Positions 31,124-39,771 of a stretch of DNA of 43,728 nt are shown here, one piece after another. Under the pieces are notes generated by a model. That model saw only the letters and a program-made list of their open reading frames with translations, ran no database searches and was not told where the DNA came from. Source of the stretch: an uncultured Methanosarcinales archaeon (GTDB taxonomy: Archaea > Nanobdellota > Nanobdellia > Woesearchaeales > GW2011-AR9); contig CAZRHO010000001.1 of the NCBI GenBank assembly GCA_964599955.1, positions 296 to 44,023 on the forward strand, given 5' to 3'. The position numbers and the translations under genes were made by a program. Position 1 is the stretch's first letter. The number at the start of each line of letters is the position of its first letter.

Positions 31124-31491
31124 GATTTATAACATTGAGATTAAAGTATTGTTGGTGGAAATCAAAAAGGTTACGAAAGAAGTATTGTCATAAAGGAATA
31201 CATAAAGTAGTTTATTCAAGCCACATTTTTAGTGGAACTAATATGAAAACAAAGAAATTTAAATTTTTATCTTGTCAATTTTGTGAATATAAGTTTTTTG
31301 TCAAAGAAACTCAAAGAAAACAATACAAAAAATACTCTACTAAGACTAAAGAAGGATTCTCTGCGTTGTTAAAATCTCTTTCGTTGGAAAAACCGAAGCA
31401 AACAGTACCTTCGGTTGGGATTAAAGCAAAGAAGCTTCGGTCAGTTAGTAAACGTATTAAAAAAGATATTGAAAAGGAAATTAAAGAATGA
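31120..31491 (+). CDS. basic hypothetical protein
   Basis: Track ORF with ATGA overlaps on both sides. K-rich. Contains CHKGIH ... CQFCEY. Confidence 0.5.
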   Translation: MRFITLRLKYCWWKSKRLRKKYCHKGIHKVVYSSHIFSGTNMKTKKFKFLSCQFCEYKFFVKETQRKQYKKYSTKTKEGFSALLKSLSLEKPKQTVPSVGIKAKKLRSVSKRIKKDIEKEIKE

Positions 31492-32516
31492 AGTTAGCAA
31501 TCATAGTGGGGGAAAGACCAGCATTTATTCGGTTAGTTCCTACTATAAGAAAATGTAAGAAATATTTTGATACAACTGTTATATGGACAGACCAAAACTT
31601 TGATAAATCCTTATCAACCCAATTCTTTGATGAGTTTAATATTAAGCCAGACGTATTCTTAAAAACCGATAGAAAGGTAGGAATAGATTATATGGGTGCT
31701 GTAATGCCTTTAATTAGTTCCAGTTTGAAAGATATTGACCCTGACTGCGTGTTAGTACTCGGAGACACGAACGCTTCATTCACGGCAGTTTATGTAGCTA
31801 AACGGATGGGATATAAAGTTTTTCATTTAGAAGCTGGGAATAGATGTTATGACCCTGATAGAGTTCCTGAAGAAGTTAACAGATATTGTATTGATAGTAT
31901 TTCCGATTGGCATTTATGTTATACTCAAAGGGCAAGAGAACAATTATTGTTAGAAGGAAAGAAACCAGAAAGAGTAATTGTGGTGGGAAACCCTTTGGTT
32001 GAGATGGTTAGGGCTTACGAAACAGACGAAATATATAGGCAAAACTATTTTTTAGTTACATTACATAGGAAAGAAAACATTAATGACGAAAAAAGATTGG
32101 AAGCAATATTTGATGTTCTTGAGCGTTTACCTCACAAAGTAAATGTAAGTAAACATCCAAGTTTAGCAAATAAAGTGGCTGGTTGGAGTTTTAATGATAA
32201 TATTGAACTATTTACTCCATCTAATTTTACAGATTTCCTTAAATTAGAAAAAAGTGCAGTTTGTATAATAACTGATAGTGGTGGTGTTCCAGAAGAAGCT
32301 CATTTGTTAGGAATACCTTGTGTTCTATTAAGATATAGTACAGAACGACCAGAATTGTTAGAAAGTAATAATATGGTTGTTTGTTCAAGACCCGAAGATT
32401 TAAACGATGCAATTCAGATAGCAATAGGAGAAAATAGTCGTAAAGTAAGTATTCCAGAATATCATCAATCAGTTTCAAGCAACATAGTAAAAATATTAAT
32501 GAGGTATAAGGATTGA
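31488..32516 (+). CDS. UDP-N-acetylglucosamine 2-epimerase family protein
   Basis: LGDTNASF, FHLEAGNRCYD, PEEVNRYCIDSISD, LHRKEN and ITDSGGVPEEAHLLGIPCVLLRYSTERPE. Confidence 0.85.
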   Translation: MKLAIIVGERPAFIRLVPTIRKCKKYFDTTVIWTDQNFDKSLSTQFFDEFNIKPDVFLKTDRKVGIDYMGAVMPLISSSLKDIDPDCVLVLGDTNASFTAVYVAKRMGYKVFHLEAGNRCYDPDRVPEEVNRYCIDSISDWHLCYTQRAREQLLLEGKKPERVIVVGNPLVEMVRAYETDEIYRQNYFLVTLHRKENINDEKRLEAIFDVLERLPHKVNVSKHPSLANKVAGWSFNDNIELFTPSNFTDFLKLEKSAVCIITDSGGVPEEAHLLGIPCVLLRYSTERPELLESNNMVVCSRPEDLNDAIQIAIGENSRKVSIPEYHQSVSSNIVKILMRYKD

Positions 32517-32578
32517 ACCCACAGATAATAGAGTAACAGAGGAATATTGTGAGTGGATTAATCAATTCGGTTAAAAAA

Positions 32579-32974
32579 ATGACATATATAAATAAAACAG
32601 ACGATAGGGGGAATTTCATAAATGTTCCTTTAAATAATGGAGAAAAGAGAATTTATTTGATTGAAAATCATCAGTTAAATACAATTAGGGCTTTTCACGA
32701 ACACAAAGATGAGAATTTAATTTTACATTGTTTAAGAGGCATTTGGAAAGTGGTCCACTATAATTTAGGGGAAGATAAACCAATTACTACAATTATGAAA
32801 AAGGGAGATTATTTGAGAGTAATTTCTCCAGCTGGAAATGGTTTAATGAATTTATCGGAAGATAATTTGATGATGGTTATTGCTGATTTATCTCTATCAG
32901 AAGTTGTGGAAGAAGAAGTTAAAGCACCTTGGGATAAATTTGGGGAAGAAATATGGTTAGCAAAAAGAAGGTAG
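32579..32974 (+). CDS. cupin-fold sugar-nucleotide epimerase/isomerase-like protein
   Basis: Internal ATG of track ORF 32549..32974 (which starts at a GTG). TDDRGNFINV and IRAFHEHK...LRGIWKV resemble the DxRGxF / RG-H motifs of RmlC or ketoisomerase cupins. Confidence 0.45.
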   Translation: MTYINKTDDRGNFINVPLNNGEKRIYLIENHQLNTIRAFHEHKDENLILHCLRGIWKVVHYNLGEDKPITTIMKKGDYLRVISPAGNGLMNLSEDNLMMVIADLSLSEVVEEEVKAPWDKFGEEIWLAKRR

Positions 32975-33921
32975 TTGTCACAGGAAGTGCAGGGTACATT
33001 GGCTCTTGGGTAGTTGAATTACTTTTAGATAAAGGGTACTTTGTTATAGGTGTGGATAATTTCCTTGTGGGAGATGATACTCACAAAAAATTTAGAGATA
33101 ACGAAGATTTTGTTGAAATAGTAGGGGATATATCAGACGAAGCAACTTGGTTACGTGCGTTTAAGTATAAACCACAATATGTTATCAATTTGGCTGGTAT
33201 CGTTGGAGACCCAGCTTGTTTAAACGATTTAAAGCGTTCATTTAAAGTCAACGCAGAAGCTTCTGAAATTGGTGCAAGGGTTGCTAATGTGTATAATGTA
33301 AAGAAATTTATTCACGCTTCAACTTGTTCAATATACGGAAATCAAAAAGGTGTATTAGATGAGAAATCTCCACAAACTCCAGTAGATTTTTATGGACAAA
33401 CAAAATTATCTGCAGAAAGGTTAGTGGAAAGACAATTACCAATAGAAACAAGAATTTTCTTAAGGTTTGGAACAGCTTACGGATTTAGTAATAGAATGAG
33501 GTTTGATTTGGTTGTTAATAGTTTAACTCGTAAAGGGTATTGGGATAAAAACTTAACAATTTTTGGAACAGGGAAACAAAGAAGACCTTTTACTCATTGT
33601 TACGATTTAGCAAGGGCTTGTGTATTCTTTGTAGAAAACGATTCTTACCTTGGTGTATTTAATGTCGTGGGAGAAAACTTTGAAATAGGGGAAATAGCTA
33701 AATTAATCAATAACGATTTAGATGATGTATCTTTAGAGAACATAGAAAAGATGGAAGATTTTAGAGATTACGAAGTAACTTCAAACGTATTAACTGCGTT
33801 AGGATTTGAATTTAAGTTTAATGTAAAAAGAGGAATACACGAAATAATCCAAAAATTCAAGAATAACGAATTGTTAGAATGTAAAGAAGATAAATATTAC
33901 AACGATAAATTGGGGGCATAA
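32953..33921 (+). CDS. NAD-dependent sugar-nucleotide epimerase/dehydratase (extended SDR)
   Basis: VVVTGSAGYIGSWV, ASTCSIYG and YGQTKLSAE (YxxxK). Confidence 0.85.
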   Translation: MVSKKKVVVTGSAGYIGSWVVELLLDKGYFVIGVDNFLVGDDTHKKFRDNEDFVEIVGDISDEATWLRAFKYKPQYVINLAGIVGDPACLNDLKRSFKVNAEASEIGARVANVYNVKKFIHASTCSIYGNQKGVLDEKSPQTPVDFYGQTKLSAERLVERQLPIETRIFLRFGTAYGFSNRMRFDLVVNSLTRKGYWDKNLTIFGTGKQRRPFTHCYDLARACVFFVENDSYLGVFNVVGENFEIGEIAKLINNDLDDVSLENIEKMEDFRDYEVTSNVLTALGFEFKFNVKRGIHEIIQKFKNNELLECKEDKYYNDKLGA

Positions 33922-33925
33922 AAAA

Positions 33926-34144
33926 ATGGAAGAAAAAGAAAAACAAACTCCTTTAGATATGGAGTTTGCAAATAATTTATTTACAATGATGAATAGTTAC
34001 GTTCAGAGGGGAGTTCCAATTCCAACAATAATAATGCACGTTGAGATGGCTAAATACCAAGCACTTAATGTATTTTTTAATCATAAACCAGTTCACGCAG
34101 AACCACCAAAACCAAAAACAAAAAAGAAGGGGAAGAAAAAATGA
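33926..34144 (+). CDS. hypothetical protein
   Basis: Track ORF with ATGA overlap to the next gene. Confidence 0.45.
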   Translation: MEEKEKQTPLDMEFANNLFTMMNSYVQRGVPIPTIIMHVEMAKYQALNVFFNHKPVHAEPPKPKTKKKGKKK

Positions 34145-34887
34145 AAGTAATGATAACAGGGAGTAATGGAAGATTAGGGAAAGAACTAAAGAACGTATTT
34201 CCTGATGCAATACACACTTCAAGAAATGAGTTAGATTTTAGAGATGCAATTTCTTGTGCAACATTTATTCAAGAACACAAACCAGACGTAATTCTTCATA
34301 TAGGGGCTAAAACAAGTATTCCTCCTTGCGACAAGGATAGACCAGGGGCTTGGAGTTCAAATGTAGTGGGAACAGAAAATTTAGTTAATGCTTGTTTAAT
34401 GTTTAAACCAGACGTTTACTTTGTTTATATATCAACTCCTTGTATATTTAGTGGAGAGGAAGAAGAAATTGATGAGGAAACTTTACCATTTCCAAAGAAC
34501 TTTTATGGTTTAACTAAATTAGGTGGAGAATTAATGTGTAGGAAGTTAGAACACTATTGTATAACAAGAGCAAACTTTGTAGCTTATGAGAAGTGGGAAC
34601 ATCCAAAAGCCTTTTCAGATAGGTTTAGTAATTATTTGTTTGCTCACGATTTAGCTTTGGCTTACAAAGATATTGTTAACCAAAAACCTGTTGGAGTAAT
34701 TCATTTAGTAGGGGATAAAAAATTATCTATGCACGACTTGGCTCATTTGTGTCCTGATAGCGACCACGTTAAAGAATACACATTAGAGGAGTATTACCAA
34801 GACAACCCTAACAAAGGTAAACTAACAAAGAATATGATGTTAGTATCAAAAAGATGGAGAACGTATGAAATTACAACCAAAGATTAG
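34141..34887 (+). CDS. RmlD-like (dTDP-4-dehydrorhamnose reductase family) SDR reductase
   Basis: MKVMITGSNGRLGKEL and YGLTKLGGE. At 248 aa it is short for the family. Confidence 0.65.
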   Translation: MKVMITGSNGRLGKELKNVFPDAIHTSRNELDFRDAISCATFIQEHKPDVILHIGAKTSIPPCDKDRPGAWSSNVVGTENLVNACLMFKPDVYFVYISTPCIFSGEEEEIDEETLPFPKNFYGLTKLGGELMCRKLEHYCITRANFVAYEKWEHPKAFSDRFSNYLFAHDLALAYKDIVNQKPVGVIHLVGDKKLSMHDLAHLCPDSDHVKEYTLEEYYQDNPNKGKLTKNMMLVSKRWRTYEITTKD

Positions 34888-35569
34888 TGTGATTATTCCT
34901 TGTTACAATGCGTATAAGTGGATTGATTTTGCAGTTAATTCTGCTATGAATCAATTATATCCCCCACACGAAATAATAATTGTAAATGATGGAAGTAGGG
35001 ATGGAACTACAAAGAAGTTAGAAAAGATTAATCAAAGGGATGATAGGATTAAAGTTTTCCATAACGACAAGAACAGGGGGATTGGTTACACTTTAAATCA
35101 AGGAATAAAAAATATGACAGGAGATGTATTCTGTTGGTTAAGTGCTGATGATGAGTGGCTTCCAAATAAATTAAGGGAACAAGTAAAGGCATATAACGAA
35201 AATCAAGATTGGGTATTATATACCGATTGGAATTTTATTAATGAAAAAGGAGAAGTTAAAGGAACTCAAAAATGTTTTCGTGGAAATCAAGAAGAATTTA
35301 GAATGTTATCTTTAAGAACTTGTACAATAAATTTTTCATCAATATTTATTCCAAAACATATTTTAGATGATGTTGGTTTATTTACAGAGGATTTACGTTT
35401 TGGAGAAGATTACCAATGGTTATTAAGAGCAATTCTAAAAAATGTAGAATTTAAGTTAATTGGAGAAACGCTTGTTAATTATAGAAACCATAAAGATATG
35501 TTAACAAACGAAGTAATAAATCAAACGGGTGATATGAATGAAAGAATCAGAAAAAGTCTTGGTATTTAA
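34865..35569 (+). CDS. glycosyltransferase family 2
   Basis: ISVIIPCYNAYKWI...IIIVNDGSRDGT...WLSADDEW (DxD-type). Confidence 0.85.
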   Translation: MKLQPKISVIIPCYNAYKWIDFAVNSAMNQLYPPHEIIIVNDGSRDGTTKKLEKINQRDDRIKVFHNDKNRGIGYTLNQGIKNMTGDVFCWLSADDEWLPNKLREQVKAYNENQDWVLYTDWNFINEKGEVKGTQKCFRGNQEEFRMLSLRTCTINFSSIFIPKHILDDVGLFTEDLRFGEDYQWLLRAILKNVEFKLIGETLVNYRNHKDMLTNEVINQTGDMNERIRKSLGI

Positions 35570-35581
35570 AGAGGTATATAA

Positions 35582-37222
35582 ATGGTAGAAAAACATAATT
35601 TTGTATTTGAAAAGGAATATTGGGAAATTGAAGGAAAAGAAAATCCAATTGATGCAATCTGTAAAGGTTTTAGTGTTGAAGATTTTAAAAATAAGAAAGA
35701 ATCTTTAATCTTTCATCTTGAACCAGAATTTAACAAAGACCAAACATTTCTTGATTTAGGTTGTGGGATTGGAAGAGTTGCAAGGTGGGTTGCACCTAAT
35801 ATAAAAGAATATCACGGCGTAGATATATCAAGCACAATGATTGAAAACGCTAAAGAATACAATAAAGATTTTGATAACGTAAATTTTCATCAAGTATCTT
35901 CTTGCGATTTAAAATTGTTTGAAGATAATAAATTTGACGTAATTTTATCAGAATTAGTTTTTATACATTTAACACCAGAAGAGCAAAAGAAATATTTAGT
36001 AGAGATTAATCGTGTTTTAAAAAAAGATGGAACTTTATTGATTGAGATTCCTAAAGAGGAATATTACATTAATGGTTTTTCAATTGATGAGATAAAATTA
36101 AACCTTCCAAACTTTGAATGGGCGTTTAAAAAATCAAACAACATTTATACTTATCAGATAAAAGCAAAAAAAAGGACAGACAAATCAATCCCTTTAAACG
36201 AAAACATTTTAGTTTTAAATTTTAACAATAGTCAAGAATATTTAGGGGGTTCTGAATTAGTTACGGAACGTTTGGCGAATGTTTTTAAAACAAAAGTTAT
36301 ATCTGCAAAAACTTCTGCTCAACTTATGGGTTACGAATATAATACCTATTATAAATATTCAATAATTGACAGATGTATCATATTTGATAAGTATTTAGAA
36401 CAATACGAAAAAATAAATAAAGCAAATGTTATAATTAGGAATAGTTGTTGTGGTGCTTTTTATGAATCAAAAACTCCGATGATTACTTTATATCAAGAGC
36501 CTTCTTCTTTGATTAACGAATTTATGTTATCTCAAAATATAACTGGGATGGATTTTGATTTTAGTTATCTCTATCCTTTACTTCAAAGGGAATGTTCAAA
36601 AAATAGTTTTAACGTAGCAAATAGTAACTTTATGAAACATTATATGGATAAGGAAGGGATAAAATGCGACAAAGTTATTCCTTTAGGGGTTAATTTAGAT
36701 TTATTCACACCGATTGATATTCCTAAACCTGAAAATTACAAAGATAAGAAGGTAGGTATTTGGGTAGGTAAACATCATCCTTTGAAATGGGGGTTTATGC
36801 CTGAACTAATTAAAAACAATCCTGACATTCATTGGATTTGTGTATTCTTTGGTGGTTCTGTAAAAATTCCACGCAAATTAAAGAACTTTGAAGTTTATGA
36901 AAACTTAACTCAAGAAGAAATGGTGGGGTTATATAATATTGCTGATTTTTGTATAAGCACTTCTCCAGTAGAAAGTTTTGGGTTTGTTCCATTGGAAGCG
37001 ATGGCTTGTGGTAAACCTGTAATTGCTTACAAAACAGGGTTTCTTTGGGATGTAGAGGACTTTCAGGGGGGGATAGTGGTAGATACCTATAAATTAGAAA
37101 GTTATCAGGAAGCCCTTAATAACTTATTTAAGAAAGAATGGACACCAAGAGAAGAAGCAAAGAAGTGGGATATTAAGAAATGGGAAGATTCTATTAAGGG
37201 AGTAGTAAAAGATTTACAATGA
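35582..37222 (+). CDS. fusion protein: class-I SAM methyltransferase (N-terminal) plus GT-B glycosyltransferase (C-terminal)
   Basis: N-terminus: FLDLGCGIGRVARWV ... LKKDGTLLIE. C-terminus: STSPVESFGFVPLEAMACGKPVIAYKTG. Confidence 0.8.
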   Translation: MVEKHNFVFEKEYWEIEGKENPIDAICKGFSVEDFKNKKESLIFHLEPEFNKDQTFLDLGCGIGRVARWVAPNIKEYHGVDISSTMIENAKEYNKDFDNVNFHQVSSCDLKLFEDNKFDVILSELVFIHLTPEEQKKYLVEINRVLKKDGTLLIEIPKEEYYINGFSIDEIKLNLPNFEWAFKKSNNIYTYQIKAKKRTDKSIPLNENILVLNFNNSQEYLGGSELVTERLANVFKTKVISAKTSAQLMGYEYNTYYKYSIIDRCIIFDKYLEQYEKINKANVIIRNSCCGAFYESKTPMITLYQEPSSLINEFMLSQNITGMDFDFSYLYPLLQRECSKNSFNVANSNFMKHYMDKEGIKCDKVIPLGVNLDLFTPIDIPKPENYKDKKVGIWVGKHHPLKWGFMPELIKNNPDIHWICVFFGGSVKIPRKLKNFEVYENLTQEEMVGLYNIADFCISTSPVESFGFVPLEAMACGKPVIAYKTGFLWDVEDFQGGIVVDTYKLESYQEALNNLFKKEWTPREEAKKWDIKKWEDSIKGVVKDLQ

Positions 37223-37340
37223 GTAAAGTTTGATTCTATGACAGATATTGAATTTTCAGTTGAACTTTTAGCTTCTGGAGTATCTCAAGCTGGATTTAGT
37301 GCAGGGTTTGACATCATATTAGTTGACGATTAGAAACAGA

Positions 37341-37377
37341 AACATTTAAATACAATTAAATCATATGTTTTTATAAG
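37341..37377 (+). promoter_or_regulatory. TATA-box leaderless promoter
   Basis: AACATTTAAATA, with the TATA box ending 26 nt before ATG 37378. Confidence 0.45.
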
Positions 37378-37830
37378 ATGACTTGTAATAATTGTGATGG
37401 AGATTGTTCTGTAATGTGTGACCACGAATTTGAAGTAATTGATAAAGGGCTATCTTTTTACCTTCAATCTCAATCACTTGACATTACTACTTCTGATACT
37501 TCTGTTACACAAGCTATAAGTGTTCCTTCTGGAAGAACTTTACTTGTAACAAAAATAACTATCGCAGATATTAGTGGGGCTACTTCTGTTCAATTTAATT
37601 TAACTGGCTTTGGAAAATATTATAGTGAAGATACATTAGTTACAAACGATTTACTCCCAATGAGTATTAAAACTTTACCTTTAATTGAAAGTCAAGGTGG
37701 CGTAAATATTAAAATAATTCAACCAGCAGTAGCAGTTACAGCTACCATTGTAGTTACTATTGAAGGAATTTTATGTTCACAACCTGATTTAGGGATGGCA
37801 AAAAAAATAGCTTACAGGTATAGACCATAG
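37378..37830 (+). CDS. beta-rich protein with N-terminal Cys cluster (structural candidate)
   Basis: Track ORF. MTCNNCDGDCSVMCDHEF followed by a T/V/I/S-rich region. A TATA box lies 26 nt upstream (leaderless). Confidence 0.55.
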   Translation: MTCNNCDGDCSVMCDHEFEVIDKGLSFYLQSQSLDITTSDTSVTQAISVPSGRTLLVTKITIADISGATSVQFNLTGFGKYYSEDTLVTNDLLPMSIKTLPLIESQGGVNIKIIQPAVAVTATIVVTIEGILCSQPDLGMAKKIAYRYRP

Positions 37831-37833
37831 GTA

Positions 37834-38034
37834 ATGACTATGGCACAAAAAACTTTCCTAAAAATAACAAACCAAGACATTTATAATGAGCAAAAACGTC
37901 AAGGGGAATCATTAGAAGAGATTAAACGTCACGTTGTTCAAACTAACGGAACTGTAAAGTGGCATACAAAATGGTTATATGGTCTAACAGGGTTTATCGT
38001 AACTTTATTAGGGTATATGTGGGGATTTAAATAA
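37834..38034 (+). CDS. small protein with C-terminal TM
   Basis: Track ORF. Amphipathic N-terminal part followed by LYGLTGFIVTLLGYMWGF. Confidence 0.5.
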   Translation: MTMAQKTFLKITNQDIYNEQKRQGESLEEIKRHVVQTNGTVKWHTKWLYGLTGFIVTLLGYMWGFK

Positions 38035-38213
38035 TGGCAAAAAGATTTAAATGGAAGTTATGGGGAAAGAAAGTTGGTATTAGTGCTATTCAAATTATTG
38101 TTCTTGGATTAATTTCATATACTACAAATGACCCTAATTGGATGTTTTTAGTTCCAGTATTAGAAGGAGGAAGAAATATCTTAAAACACAAGTATGGTTT
38201 CAAAAAGTTGTAG
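38034..38213 (+). CDS. small membrane protein (59 aa)
   Basis: Read from the sequence, with TAATG overlap. MAKRFKWKLWGKKVGISAIQIIVLGLISY... Confidence 0.4.
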   Translation: MAKRFKWKLWGKKVGISAIQIIVLGLISYTTNDPNWMFLVPVLEGGRNILKHKYGFKKL

Positions 38214-38649
38214 TCGTTATAGTAAAACAAAATGCGAAGAAACTGGTGGGTGTAGTTGGAACTCAAACGAAAATAAATGTCAAAAAAGTTCTAAAGCTTG
38301 GTTACTCTTATTTTTATTAGCACCCTTATTATTTTTAAGGGGTGGAAAGAAATGTGATACTTCTTTAACTTTATCTGTATGTTTCCCAAAAACTGCAAGT
38401 ATTTCAATTTCAGGAGCAAATAGAGGTCCTGTCATTGTAGATGAATTTATCCCAGTAACTAAAAGGTTTGTATTACCTGGTGCTGATGTTTATACAATTA
38501 CAGCTAAAGCAAAGAATTACATTGACATAGTTAGAATTGTTCAGTTTGAAGAATGTGATGAGAGAGGGTTCTGTTTAAGGTTTTATAATGTAGGTCAAAA
38601 CCCAATTCCTAACCAAGAATTTTATGTTTGTAATGGTGTTTGTCAATAG
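38194..38649 (+). CDS. membrane-anchored protein with pre-TM Cys4 motif and beta-sandwich domain
   Basis: Track ORF. C-x7-C-x5-C-x8-C (aa 6-29), then WLLLFLLAPLLFL, then a beta-rich domain. Confidence 0.6.
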   Translation: MVSKSCSRYSKTKCEETGGCSWNSNENKCQKSSKAWLLLFLLAPLLFLRGGKKCDTSLTLSVCFPKTASISISGANRGPVIVDEFIPVTKRFVLPGADVYTITAKAKNYIDIVRIVQFEECDERGFCLRFYNVGQNPIPNQEFYVCNGVCQ

Positions 38650-38663
38650 GTAATTATGTTCAA

Positions 38664-38695
38664 TTTGAGGGGGGAACTCCCACGCCACGATTGAG
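38664..38695. repeat. left arm of the inverted repeat flanking the beta-class methyltransferase gene
   Basis: TTTGAGGGGGGAAC (38664-38677) plus GATTGAG (38689-38695). Confidence 0.75.
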
Positions 38696-38704
38696 GACAA
38701 CAAG

Positions 38705-39730
38705 ATGGAAAATATAAAATTAATTCAAGGAGATTGTTTAGAAGAAATGAAAAAATTAGAAGCTGGAAGTGTAGATTTAATTTTAACAGACCCCCCTTAT
38801 GGAACAATCAAAAATTTAATCAACCCATTAAGACCTAAAAGTTGGGGAAACAAGGATTATAAAAGTTGGGATGAGGTTATTAATATTGAAAAGATGTTTG
38901 AAGAATGTGAAAGAGTTTTAAGAAAAAATGGAAAGTTGATATTATTTAGCCAAGACCCATTTAGTACAGATTTAATAAATAAATCTATAGGGAATTTACC
39001 ATTTGATTATAAGGCGATTTGGTTAAAAGATAATTTTGCTAATGCATTATTGGCGAACAAGGCAATGGTGAAATATACAGAGGATATATTAATATTTAGC
39101 AAAACTCACGATACTAATGCACTACACCCATTAAGGGAATATGCAATGAAAATAAAGAATTATATTAAATATTCAAGATTAAGATTATTTAAAGAAATTG
39201 GCAATGGAGGAGCACAGCATTTTTTAGAAAGTAATGATGAAAGTTCACAATTTTGTCTATGCACTAAAGAAACTTATGATAAGTTAATTGAGTTATATGA
39301 AATTAATAGTCAAGATTGGTTTATTGAATATTCTGAATTAAAAAGGATAGATGAAGAAATAAAGAAAAGATTTTCAAGCACTTTTAATCTATGGGAAGGC
39401 AGAGGGTGTAAAAGTAACGTTTTAAAGTATACAAAAGACCCAAATTCAAAAAGACTTCATCCAACACAAAAACCAGTAGCATTATTAAAAGATTTAATTA
39501 AAACATATTCAAATGAGGGGGACACAGTTTTAGATTTTACTGCTGGTTCTTTTTCAACTTTAGTAGCTTGTCAAGAAACAAACAGAAAAGGAATAGGGAT
39601 TGAATTAGAAGAAAAATATGTAAAAATTGGTAGGGATAGACTTAAACAGAAAGTCTTGAGCAACTCAATCGTTCCCCCCTCAAACTCTGCTTCGCAGGTC
39701 AGCAAAGCTGACGAACATAATATCAAATAA
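38705..39730 (+). CDS. DNA methyltransferase, beta class (N6-adenine or N4-cytosine)
   Basis: DLILTDPPYG (motif IV) lies N-terminal. HPTQKPVALLKDLIKTYSNEGDTVLDFTAGSFST (motif I region) lies C-terminal. Confidence 0.85.
   Translation: MENIKLIQGDCLEEMKKLEAGSVDLILTDPPYGTIKNLINPLRPKSWGNKDYKSWDEVINIEKMFEECERVLRKNGKLILFSQDPFSTDLINKSIGNLPFDYKAIWLKDNFANALLANKAMVKYTEDILIFSKTHDTNALHPLREYAMKIKNYIKYSRLRLFKEIGNGGAQHFLESNDESSQFCLCTKETYDKLIELYEINSQDWFIEYSELKRIDEEIKKRFSSTFNLWEGRGCKSNVLKYTKDPNSKRLHPTQKPVALLKDLIKTYSNEGDTVLDFTAGSFSTLVACQETNRKGIGIELEEKYVKIGRDRLKQKVLSNSIVPPSNSASQVSKADEHNIK
39664..39684. repeat. right arm of the inverted repeat
   Basis: CTCAATCGTTCCCCCCTCAAA is the reverse complement of TTTGAGGGGGGAAC+GATTGAG. 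14 nt are perfect; 21 nt match if an 11-nt insertion in the left arm is allowed. Confidence 0.75.
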
Positions 39731-39771
39731 CCAAAAGTTTTATATATTAAAAAATCAGTATTTTTTATTGT
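39729..39771 (+). promoter_or_regulatory. conserved TATA-box leaderless promoter (copy 5)
   Basis: AACCAAAAGTTTTATATATTAAAAAATCAGTATTTTTTATTGT, then ATG 39772. Confidence 0.6.

Noticed and set aside
37238-37333. A 31-aa ORF (MTDIEFSVELLASGVSQAGFSAGFDIILVDD) between the glycosylation island and the promoter at 37341.
   Set aside because: It has no start context and is too short to evaluate. Left unannotated.
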